From an uncultured Piscirickettsiaceae bacterium (GTDB lineage: Bacteria > Pseudomonadota > Gammaproteobacteria > GCF-002020875), in contig CAYQFH010000002.1 in the NCBI GenBank assembly GCA_964416755.1, forward strand, positions 1-52,035: DNA of 52,035 nucleotides. Direction: 5' to 3'. Below, one piece after another: positions 1 through 7,519 of this stretch. The translations under genes and the position numbers were made by a program. Within the stretch, counting starts at the first letter, position 1; each line of letters starts with the position of its first letter. Under the pieces are notes generated by a model that searched no databases, was not told the DNA's origin, and was given only the letters and a program-made list of their open reading frames with translations.

Positions 1-1604
1 TGATTACGCGGCAGATAGACTTCATTAATCCCTTTCTCCACATTCACATCAATCACCACTCCTTGCCGATCGCGCTGGGGCTCCAAAAGCGCCACCACAT
101 CCTGCAAGAAGGCACGTGGCGCAAAGCGGCTCATCTGGAAAATCGGTTTTGCATTACTGCGCTGCAAGCGAATGATCTCGGAGATATCCTGAATCCCCCC
201 CTCAACCCGGCTCAGCGGCTCGTCCATCTCCTTTTTCATCAAGCGCCCAACCACCTCATGTGTTCGCGAGATCACCTCTCTCTGGGTCTCGGGAGGAATT
301 TCATCTCCACGTTCCACAAGCTTTTCCAGTACATTGATTGCATCACTGAGAGCTTCTCTACTGCGCTTGACCTTGTAGACCTGCCCGGTGATACCTGCCA
401 ACACATTCCCAATGTTGTGCATGATACTGATCGACATCTCGGCAATACCTGACTGAAATGCAACCATCTGCTCTTTCTCTTCGAGTTCACGCTGTTTGGT
501 AATATCCCTCACCAACATCAAGTGATATCCCTCTTCAGCATGGATCACCAATGGCGTAGAGGAGAGCTGCAAAGAAAGCTGGTTCTCTCTCCGGTCAGAA
601 AACAGCAGTGTCTCTGTCAGGTGCATCTCACCATGTAGGAGCTGAACAACCTGATCTCTGACCGTTTCCGGAAAGAGTGCAGCAAAATCGGGGGAGTCTG
701 TATCCTCTTCAAGCTGGGAGAAGAGTCGTGCAGCCGCCGGATTATAGACCCGTATATCCCCTGTGCTATCCACAACAAACAATCCATCCCCCATATGCTC
801 CATGACTGAGGTGAGTTGCTCATTGCTCTGTTTCAGGTCTCGGGTACGCTCCGTCACTTTCTCTTCCAGGGATGCCAACAACACCTCAAGCTCACCACGC
901 AACTGCATCTCTGCCGCCATACTTTTCTGCAACACTTCCACCCCTTCGCAGAGATGAATCAACTCCTTGGAGGCAAACTCTTGTGGAACAACGGAAATAT
1001 TCCCCCCTGACTCGACGCCACGCAGGTACCGATCCACACGATGAATTGGTTTTACAACCAGTTGTCGCACCATCACGAACAGCATCAATGCCAGAAACAG
1101 AACCGCTCCACCCATCAGGTAGACAAACTGCCGCACCTGCAGTTCAAGCGCATCAAGCTGCTGCTGCAGATCCCAACGCAGAGCCACTATCCCGAAACGT
1201 TCCCCCTCAAAGATGATGGGGCGCTGTGTGGTCATCACCCCTCCCTCCATTAGGGAGGGGCTCTCCTCTCCTTCTGCACAGTGAGGGGCATCTTTGCCCC
1301 AAGTGAGCAGCGGTTGGTTTTGATAGTTGCAGAACTCCGCCCCCACCAGATTGGGGTGAATCTCGATCAATCCCTGCAGTGTTGTCTCCAGAATGGGGAT
1401 ATCTTCACTGAGTAGCGCATCCAGCAGTGTTGTCGAAAACAGTGCAGCCCGCTTATCGACCTCCACCTCTATCTGCTCCAACTGAAGTGTATGCGCAACC
1501 CGCAAGAGCACACTGCCGCCCAGCCAGAGCAGCAGCAGACTGACTCCCAGCATCACCCAGAAAGTCTGGACACCAATCGACCAGCTTTTGGGAGAAAACA
1601 ACAT
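1..1604 (-). CDS. Sensor histidine kinase (TM - HAMP-like - PAS - HisKA/HATPase), 3' end cut by the window edge
   Basis: Absent from the ORF track because it runs off the left edge. My minus-strand translation from ATG 1604-1602 reads MLFSPKSWSIGVQTFWVMLGVSLLLLWLGG (TM), then a second TM followed by VVKPIHRVDRYL (HAMP-like), MGDGLFVVDSTGDIRVYNPAAARLF (PAS) and EMSISIMHNIGNVLAGITG (H-box region). It stays open to base 1. The start lies 15 nt after the stop of the upstream binding-protein gene. Confidence 0.8.
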   Translation of the reverse strand, partial: MLFSPKSWSIGVQTFWVMLGVSLLLLWLGGSVLLRVAHTLQLEQIEVEVDKRAALFSTTLLDALLSEDIPILETTLQGLIEIHPNLVGAEFCNYQNQPLLTWGKDAPHCAEGEESPSLMEGGVMTTQRPIIFEGERFGIVALRWDLQQQLDALELQVRQFVYLMGGAVLFLALMLFVMVRQLVVKPIHRVDRYLRGVESGGNISVVPQEFASKELIHLCEGVEVLQKSMAAEMQLRGELEVLLASLEEKVTERTRDLKQSNEQLTSVMEHMGDGLFVVDSTGDIRVYNPAAARLFSQLEEDTDSPDFAALFPETVRDQVVQLLHGEMHLTETLLFSDRRENQLSLQLSSTPLVIHAEEGYHLMLVRDITKQRELEEKEQMVAFQSGIAEMSISIMHNIGNVLAGITGQVYKVKRSREALSDAINVLEKLVERGDEIPPETQREVISRTHEVVGRLMKKEMDEPLSRVEGGIQDISEIIRLQRSNAKPIFQMSRFAPRAFLQDVVALLEPQRDRQGVVIDVNVEKGINEVYLPRN

Positions 1605-1618
1605 TCGAGTACCAGAAA

Positions 1619-2470
1619 CTATTGGTCGAAAAAGGCTCCGCTATGGTGGATTGCCTTGCGTACGGTGTCATAGGCTGCATCATCTCCAGCGACAAAACCA
1701 TCCTTCTTCAATACTTTCAGCGCCGCCTTGTCATCAAATGCAAGCAAGGTATCCACCAGCGCCTGCTGCTGCACGGAGGGAAGATCTGCACGTCCGGCCC
1801 AGGCCTTGGTCGCCAGTTTGAACTCTTTCAACACGCGGATCTTTCTACCCTTTTTAACCAATTTTTTGAAGGTGCTGGATTTCAATGCACCCGCATCAAA
1901 ATCCCCTTTGGCTACTGCCTCACCAACCCGGTCATGGCGCCCCAAATACTCATACTTCTGCAAGTCTCTCTCGTTGACCCCCGCCTCAGCCAACAACAGT
2001 TGTGCAAAATAGCGACCTATCGTCGATTTTTCACTGCCAAAGGCAAAACGTTTCCCTTTCAGTTCTGCCATCGAAGTGATGGGGCTCTCCTGATGGGCAA
2101 TGATGTAACCACTGCGCATCTTCTTCCCCTTTTTACTCTCCATCGCCAGTAGTGTAACTGCGGGATTCTTCTCTTTGGTCAATACATAGGAGGCAGGTCC
2201 AAAACGGGCAAAGTCAACCTCCCCTGTCGCCAGTTTATTGATGGCCTGCTCATACGTCGGCGAGATTCGAGTATGAATCTTGACCGCCTCTCCCAGCTGT
2301 TGGCTCAAGCGCTGCTCCAGCTGACTCAATAGCGGGCGAAACTGAGTCACTACGGCCGATGCCTTGTCTGACGCATAGAGACCAAAGTTGAGGGTAACCT
2401 CAGCATGCACTGCCCCCCCCTGCAGCATCAACCCCGTCACTGCCGGAGCGATCCACCGTTTAAAATTCAT
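1619..2470 (-). CDS. Periplasmic PhnD/phosphonate-type substrate-binding-like protein, probably sensor-associated
   Basis: 283-aa ORF with an ATG preceded by a GGGAGG SD and the signal peptide MNFKRWIAPAVTGLMLQGGAVHA. Overall resemblance to PhnD-family periplasmic binding proteins. It sits between a receiver gene and a kinase gene. Confidence 0.7.
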   Translation of the reverse strand: MNFKRWIAPAVTGLMLQGGAVHAEVTLNFGLYASDKASAVVTQFRPLLSQLEQRLSQQLGEAVKIHTRISPTYEQAINKLATGEVDFARFGPASYVLTKEKNPAVTLLAMESKKGKKMRSGYIIAHQESPITSMAELKGKRFAFGSEKSTIGRYFAQLLLAEAGVNERDLQKYEYLGRHDRVGEAVAKGDFDAGALKSSTFKKLVKKGRKIRVLKEFKLATKAWAGRADLPSVQQQALVDTLLAFDDKAALKVLKKDGFVAGDDAAYDTVRKAIHHSGAFFDQ

Positions 2471-2526
2471 TATCTCAACCTCCCTTGGGTCTCAAAAAAT
2501 TACACTAAACAGATTCAGATACAACG

Positions 2527-3075
2527 CTAGCCTGCTCTGTCCTTCAATACCCGACTCTCAGCTTCTCTCTCCTGCTCTCTTTGTCGATAGAGTGAAAAAA
2601 GTTCCGCAATCTGGGAGAGCTCTTCAGGAACAAATGGCTTTTTCAAATAGACAAAGTCCATGCCCAGTGCTTCACGAAGCTCGGCTGTGGAATAGTCTGC
2701 ATAGGCAGTGGCAATCACCAGATAGACTGATGGGTCGATTGCCCTGAGTCTGACTCCACACTCTACCCCTGTCATTCCCGGAGGCATTCGCACATCCAGG
2801 AACACGGTGGAAATGGGCTCATCCGCGTCAAACGCCTCACGGAAACAGTCGATCGCCTCTTCTGCAGAGCTTGCCTTGACGATCTTGAATGGTTGGCTGG
2901 GCTGAGTACCGTCACTACCCTCATCCCGATCTTCCGAGAGCAATTGCATCAATGCTGTTGTCTCGATCTGGTGTGTAGATCCCGCCAGGATCTCTTCGTA
3001 GGCGTTCAACACACCTTCGTCATCATCAACCACCATGATTTTTCGGCTAGACAGACTCAAGATTTTTCCATGCAC
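2527..3075 (-). CDS. Stand-alone CheY-like receiver protein (no output domain) with a ~30-aa acidic insertion
   Basis: Receiver motifs VVDDDE, FLDVRMPPGMTG (phospho-Asp), IATAYAD and LKKPF. The start is ambiguous (GTG 3075, TTG 3060 or ATG 3036). Confidence 0.8.
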   Translation of the reverse strand: MHGKILSLSSRKIMVVDDDEGVLNAYEEILAGSTHQIETTALMQLLSEDRDEGSDGTQPSQPFKIVKASSAEEAIDCFREAFDADEPISTVFLDVRMPPGMTGVECGVRLRAIDPSVYLVIATAYADYSTAELREALGMDFVYLKKPFVPEELSQIAELFSLYRQREQEREAESRVLKDRAG

Positions 3076-3129
3076 ACTTAAATTTCAATCAGAACTGTTC
3101 GCAAGCTAAATTTCCACCCTGTCGCAAGG

Positions 3130-3852
3130 TCAACGAATCTTGTGACAAGCGACACAAGGCCCCCGGTCATTATGTGGCATATCCCCGTTCTGTACCTGCT
3201 GTTGGGTAATATCGGGCGGAGGCAGAATAATCAGATCCGGATCCGGCATGGTAAAGCTGCCATCACCAATGGTATGGCAGTCGGTACAGGGGCCACGATA
3301 GGCATGAGGTCGCGGATCTCCCGGCAGGATCATCGGAGCACCCTCGGCCTGAGCAAAACCGAGCTCTAGGCGGGCACGGATGATATAGACCATGCGATGC
3401 ATCACATAACGACCATTACTATCCTTCTCCTCCCCCTTGCGCATCACAGTAACCGCTGCATGGCGCAGATTTTTCACCTGACGACTGGCCTCGACAAAAC
3501 TCTCCAGATCGGTAACCGGCATATCCTTGATTGCGACAATAATATCGCCGCCCAGCATACCGCTCAACGCTGCATTGAGTGTCACTTCATTGATGATCAC
3601 CCCCTGCATGCCACGCGGATAGCCCAGCTGTTGACGCAGTTCGGCAGTCAGTTTCATCACGTCCATCCCCTGCCAGTGCGCTTCATAAAGCTTCATCCTG
3701 GAGGGAATGAAATTGCCGCTGCCGGGTGCAGCCAGATTGTAGACCGGATCGTTGGGTTGCTGCAGCGATGCTGAACCCGTGACCGCACCAGCCAGTGACA
3801 CAGAAGCCAGTGAAAGTGCAGCACCCATCAGCAGAGGTTGAAGTTTCACCAT
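3130..3852 (-). CDS. mamP: MamP-like protein: N-terminal hydrophobic segment, PDZ domain, two magnetochrome-type c-haem motifs
   Basis: Hydrophobic N-terminus MVKLQPLLMGAALSLASVSLAGA and a PDZ-like core GVIINEVTLNAALSGMLGGDIIVAIKDMPVTDLESF. Two copies of PH-x(2,3)-RGPC-x2-CH follow: RPHAYRGPCTDCH (CTDCH codons 3274-3288) and MPHNDRGPCVACH (CVACH codons 3142-3156). The ORF-track start at 3879 is a TTG; the ATG at 3852 lies 4 nt after the mamO-like stop. Confidence 0.75.
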   Translation of the reverse strand: MVKLQPLLMGAALSLASVSLAGAVTGSASLQQPNDPVYNLAAPGSGNFIPSRMKLYEAHWQGMDVMKLTAELRQQLGYPRGMQGVIINEVTLNAALSGMLGGDIIVAIKDMPVTDLESFVEASRQVKNLRHAAVTVMRKGEEKDSNGRYVMHRMVYIIRARLELGFAQAEGAPMILPGDPRPHAYRGPCTDCHTIGDGSFTMPDPDLIILPPPDITQQQVQNGDMPHNDRGPCVACHKIR

Positions 3853-3856
3853 AATC

Positions 3857-5860
3857 TTACTGCAATAACAGGAGTGCAAACGCGATCACCAGCATGATCC
3901 CGATAAAGGTCCAGCGCTGCTGGGTCACTGTGGTCCGCTCCTGGAAGTAGTAACCGAGGAAACCACCACCATAGGTGCTGGGCACCAGAATCATGGCCAG
4001 CGTGAGCGGAGTCTGCCACTCAAAGGAGCCAATGGAGACACCATAACCCAGAGAGACCAGTGTTGCAGTCAGAGAGGCCCAGAAGACCATCACAATGGCA
4101 TTGGCTCGTGCATTCTCGGCAGAAAGCCCCGCATATTTGCGCTGGAAGTACTGCTCCACTACGCCACCACTCACCCCCAACAGACCGGTCAAAATGCCAA
4201 GAGGGCCACCCATGATGGGGGAAGTTGCCCAACCGCGCCGTACGTCGACCTCTTCCGAGTCAAGCAGGAAATTATCGATACGCTCCTCTTGATTCCTGGC
4301 CACCGGGCGCACATGGGATTCACGCTCTTGCAGATCTCCGCGCAACTCAAAATAGACCACCAGCGCCATTGCCAGCGCAAAGAGACCGAGTAAATAGCCG
4401 ATCACATGATCATAGAGATTATGTCCGAGGAAGTAGCCCAATACCGCACCCACGATGGTAGCCGGTAACAGCTCCTTGATACGGCGGGTAATGATCACCC
4501 CGGCAAACAGCTGGCGCAGGGCGGCAATACCGTAGGTGAAGAGGTTGGTGATGTAGATTACCGGACGCACCATGAAGACACCGTAACCAAACACCAACAT
4601 CATTCCGGCCACGGCGACAATGCCCCCTCCCATTGGTACCAGTGTACCCACTGCACCCGCAAAGACTCCCAACAATACCAGCCCGACAATGGCATCCAGC
4701 TTATAGAAGCCGAGATCAAAGCTGGAGTCATGCTCCAGATCCATCAAGCTGACCGAGTCCCCCGGTGCTCCGATATGCGCTACCCGCTGTTGCCCTTCTG
4801 CGGGCTCTGCGGTCACTGCAGCAACATTCTGAGCCAGTAGTGCTCCGGGATTGTTCTGATTCTGCTGATCCTGAATTGCAGCCAACTTCTCCTGACGGGT
4901 CTGCTGACGGGCCTGATCCCACCATGCAGCGGCCATCCCCTTGGCTGTACCCGACTGCATCGCACTATTTCCATTTGGAGTAATGGTTCCATTTTCAGCT
5001 GGCGCAACCGGTTTGGCAATCTTCTTCAACCCTTTGGAGGTCAGATCCACCACATCCTGAAAATGGGCACGAATCACGTGGGCAGGGACTACAAAACCTT
5101 CCGCCATCCCGCCTTGTCCCTGCAACAACAGACCGATCCCAACCAACTCTGCCTGCTGGTTGATTACCGCGCCACCGCCCTGCTCCCAACGCACCATCGC
5201 ATTGGTCTGCATCAGATGGGTTATCGGGTTGCCTGCAACCTGGCGTACCTGATCATTCAACTGCAAGATTCCAGGGTTGGCAACCACAGCCCCTTGCACA
5301 TCCTTGCCGATCGCAATCAACTGACTCTGCAGCGGAGCATTGCGGCTGTCTGCCAATTTCAGGTAGAGAAAACGATCATTGGTAACCATCTTCAGCAACA
5401 CCAGATCATGCGCTGGATGCTTCTTTACCACCTCGGTCTTGTAGAGACGAATACCGCTGCCACCCGCCACCTGAATCTGCAACTGATCCGGGTTATTTAC
5501 ACTGTGCAAAGTGGTAATGACATAACCATCCGGGTGCACTAAAACACCTGAAGAAACAACACCAGCACCTTGATTTACAATGGAAACAACCGCTGACCCA
5601 GCTGGAGTAACCAGATCAGTCTGTCCACCGGCAATATTCAAGCCACCCGCAAGACCACTCTGCGGTGTAGTATCCGAGGAGAACGATGAGAAGAAGTTGC
5701 TGACCGCATAGGATTCAACCTCATACTCTTCCAGATCAACATCATAGAGGTAGAGCGCCCAACCAAATAGCATCAGTGCTGCCAATGGCAACAGTGCCAG
5801 CGGGATCTGCCACGGCCTTTTACAGAAGACGATTTTGTTATCTAATCCTGCGAGTTTCAT
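3857..5860 (-). CDS. mamO: MamO-like fusion: TM anchor, degenerate trypsin/HtrA-like domain, C-terminal TauE/SafE-type transporter domain
   Basis: 667 aa. The protease-like region keeps His (YVITTLHSV) and Asp (HPAHDLVLLKM), but the GNSGG nucleophile box reads EQGGGAV (Ser replaced by Gly). The C-terminal ~270 aa are multi-TM with TauE-like glycine-rich helices (PMGGGIVAVAGMMLVFGYG, GILTGLLGVSGG). Confidence 0.75.
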   Translation of the reverse strand: MKLAGLDNKIVFCKRPWQIPLALLPLAALMLFGWALYLYDVDLEEYEVESYAVSNFFSSFSSDTTPQSGLAGGLNIAGGQTDLVTPAGSAVVSIVNQGAGVVSSGVLVHPDGYVITTLHSVNNPDQLQIQVAGGSGIRLYKTEVVKKHPAHDLVLLKMVTNDRFLYLKLADSRNAPLQSQLIAIGKDVQGAVVANPGILQLNDQVRQVAGNPITHLMQTNAMVRWEQGGGAVINQQAELVGIGLLLQGQGGMAEGFVVPAHVIRAHFQDVVDLTSKGLKKIAKPVAPAENGTITPNGNSAMQSGTAKGMAAAWWDQARQQTRQEKLAAIQDQQNQNNPGALLAQNVAAVTAEPAEGQQRVAHIGAPGDSVSLMDLEHDSSFDLGFYKLDAIVGLVLLGVFAGAVGTLVPMGGGIVAVAGMMLVFGYGVFMVRPVIYITNLFTYGIAALRQLFAGVIITRRIKELLPATIVGAVLGYFLGHNLYDHVIGYLLGLFALAMALVVYFELRGDLQERESHVRPVARNQEERIDNFLLDSEEVDVRRGWATSPIMGGPLGILTGLLGVSGGVVEQYFQRKYAGLSAENARANAIVMVFWASLTATLVSLGYGVSIGSFEWQTPLTLAMILVPSTYGGGFLGYYFQERTTVTQQRWTFIGIMLVIAFALLLLQ

Positions 5861-5890
5861 CTACTACACCATGATTTACGCTATCACCAA

Positions 5891-5933
5891 GAACAGACAA
5901 AGCCCCTGCAAGGTTGTACTCCTCAGCAGGGGC
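5891..5933 (-). terminator. GC-rich hairpin plus T-rich tail between the mamC-like and mamO-like genes (possible partial terminator/attenuator)
   Basis: The minus strand reads GCCCCTGC-(16 nt)-GCAGGGGC followed by TTTGTCTGTTCTT. The 8-bp perfect stem is at 5902-5909 / 5926-5933. Confidence 0.35.
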
Positions 5934-5959
5934 AGAGCGACTAAAACGACAACCGAATA

Positions 5960-6325
5960 TTAAGACTCAACGCCTTCAGCAAGAATTTCGTCCGCCTCAT
6001 CATTGTCACGCATGCGCAGCTCCAGCTGCTCCATGCCACGATCATAGGCATACTTGGCACCGGTTGCAGCAACCAGCGCAGTCCCCAGAGAGACCGCCAA
6101 ACCACCACCTACCGCACCAGCGGCCACTGCACTGAAAGCCGTTGCCAGCCCAGCACCCAGCCCCTCTTTACCAGTGTCATAGATTGCATCCTTGGTCTCT
6201 ACCAGACCATCACGGTGATCCTTGATATTCCTGGCCGCTGCACCAGAAGCACCAACCACCGCACCGAGCACACCCACACCGGAGGCGCTCTGTGCCAGAT
6301 ATTGCGCCAAATTAAATGCTGCCAT
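5960..6325 (-). CDS. mamC: MamC (Mms13/Mam12)-like small two-helix magnetosome membrane protein homologue
   Basis: 121 aa, with an ATG preceded by a GAGGGAGAA SD. It aligns by eye over nearly its full length with MamC as I remember it: [16 protein letters not shown], then [40 protein letters not shown], then an acidic tail. Confidence 0.75.
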   Translation of the reverse strand: [121 protein letters not shown]

Positions 6326-6361
6326 CTTCGTTCTCCCTCAATCTTCCAACAAGGATATATT

Positions 6362-6390
6362 GTTATAAATACTTCGACTTCCGTACACAA
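6362..6390 (-). promoter_or_regulatory. Candidate sigma-70 promoter upstream of the mamC-like gene
   Basis: Minus strand TTGTGT-(17 nt)-TATAAC. The -10 is at 6362-6367 and the -35 at 6385-6390 in plus-strand coordinates. The -35 is weak. Confidence 0.25.
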
Positions 6391-6451
6391 TCGAAAGTCT
6401 GAAGATCGATTAAACCATGTCCAAATGGAGTTGGCAAATCAATCTGTTTGC

Positions 6452-7048
6452 TCAGAAAAGCATCAGGTCATCTGCATTACGGTTACCGTACGCTTTGGCC
6501 TCCTGAATGGCCTCCTCTTTGGTCGCGCCACGCAGCAGCGCATCAAACAGCACCTTGCCCTCTTCCATGGTGAAAGAGCTGTAAACCTGATTTTGTAGCT
6601 CTTTCCACTCATTCGGGTTGAACAAGCGCTGCTGATCATTCACCAGATCGGCAGTGTTCTCCAGACTGCCTGCGATGTGGTTTAGCTGTTGGGTCAGACG
6701 ATCATAGAACTGAAAGCTGATGACTGCACTTTTCAGATCGCTGATCACCAGATCACACTTGTTATCGAGCCGATCCAGCATCTCCTGATACTGAGTACCA
6801 CAGCTCTCAGGCACTTCACCATCCACATCGCGCGCTGTCTGCTTGATTTCCTGCATATAGCGATTCATATTGGTGAAGGCCTCGATCAACGAAGTGATCG
6901 ACTCATCACCGGTAGACATGGAGTATTCGATGGCTGAGACTCCGACACGAAACATTCGTACCGTCTCTCGAACTTGACTCCAATCGAGGTCTGGCTTCTC
7001 AGCGGATGACGGAACGGATCGCAACTCACTCATGAATAATGCACTCAA
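6452..7048 (-). CDS. Soluble hypothetical protein with a CheZ-like F-Q-x-x-D-R-L-T-Q-Q helix motif
   Basis: 198-aa ORF (TTG 7048; first ATG at 7033) with no TM segment. The ISFQFYDRLTQQLNHI segment is reminiscent of the CheZ DFQDLTGQ active-site helix. The function is not established. Confidence 0.5.
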   Translation of the reverse strand: MSALFMSELRSVPSSAEKPDLDWSQVRETVRMFRVGVSAIEYSMSTGDESITSLIEAFTNMNRYMQEIKQTARDVDGEVPESCGTQYQEMLDRLDNKCDLVISDLKSAVISFQFYDRLTQQLNHIAGSLENTADLVNDQQRLFNPNEWKELQNQVYSSFTMEEGKVLFDALLRGATKEEAIQEAKAYGNRNADDLMLF

Positions 7049-7105
7049 AGAAAAACAATTAAGAATCTTCTTATTCTATCACGCCCGTTTTTCACTGCAC
7101 AGCGG

Positions 7106-7519
7106 TTATCGACGTCCAAACAGCCGGGAAAGCATTCTGAATGGGTGGCGAATCGCATAGGTTGTACTCTTCTTCTTCAGCAGTTTGAACTCCACCGCAG
7201 TCAACATATAGATGATCTCGCGGCTCAGGGCCTTTACCTCCAACAGCGCCTCGTTGGCCTCCTCTTTTCGACCGTGCTTATGGGAGCGAATCACCCGCCT
7301 CACCGCTTGGTGAAACTGTTTATGGTCACGCTCCAACTGCTGAATCTCGACATTGTTGCCAAACTCCCGCAATCCCTCCTCATAGAGCCATACCCCCAGC
7401 GGACAGTCCTCATGGGAGTCCACCTCAAGATGCTGCAGATGGTGTGTATCCAGCAACTCCTCCAGCTGCAGTTCCCAGGAGAGATGCACCAACCGCATAT
7501 AACCCAAATCAGAAATCAT
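7106..7519 (-). CDS. Stand-alone CZB (chemoreceptor zinc-binding) domain protein
   Basis: It matches the remembered CZB pattern exactly. HLSW (H-x2-W) is followed by 23 aa, then CPLGVW (C-x-L-G-x-W), then 21 aa, then HKQFH (H-x3-H). Its ATG overlaps the stop of the upstream ATPase-like gene (ATGA at 7516-7519). Confidence 0.85.
   Translation of the reverse strand: MISDLGYMRLVHLSWELQLEELLDTHHLQHLEVDSHEDCPLGVWLYEEGLREFGNNVEIQQLERDHKQFHQAVRRVIRSHKHGRKEEANEALLEVKALSREIIYMLTAVEFKLLKKKSTTYAIRHPFRMLSRLFGRR

Noticed and set aside
63-1216. Several 60-130-aa plus-strand ORFs at the left edge (63-452, 763-957, 872-1216 and others).
   Set aside because: They lie antisense to the truncated histidine kinase, which reads cleanly on the minus strand from 1604 to base 1.
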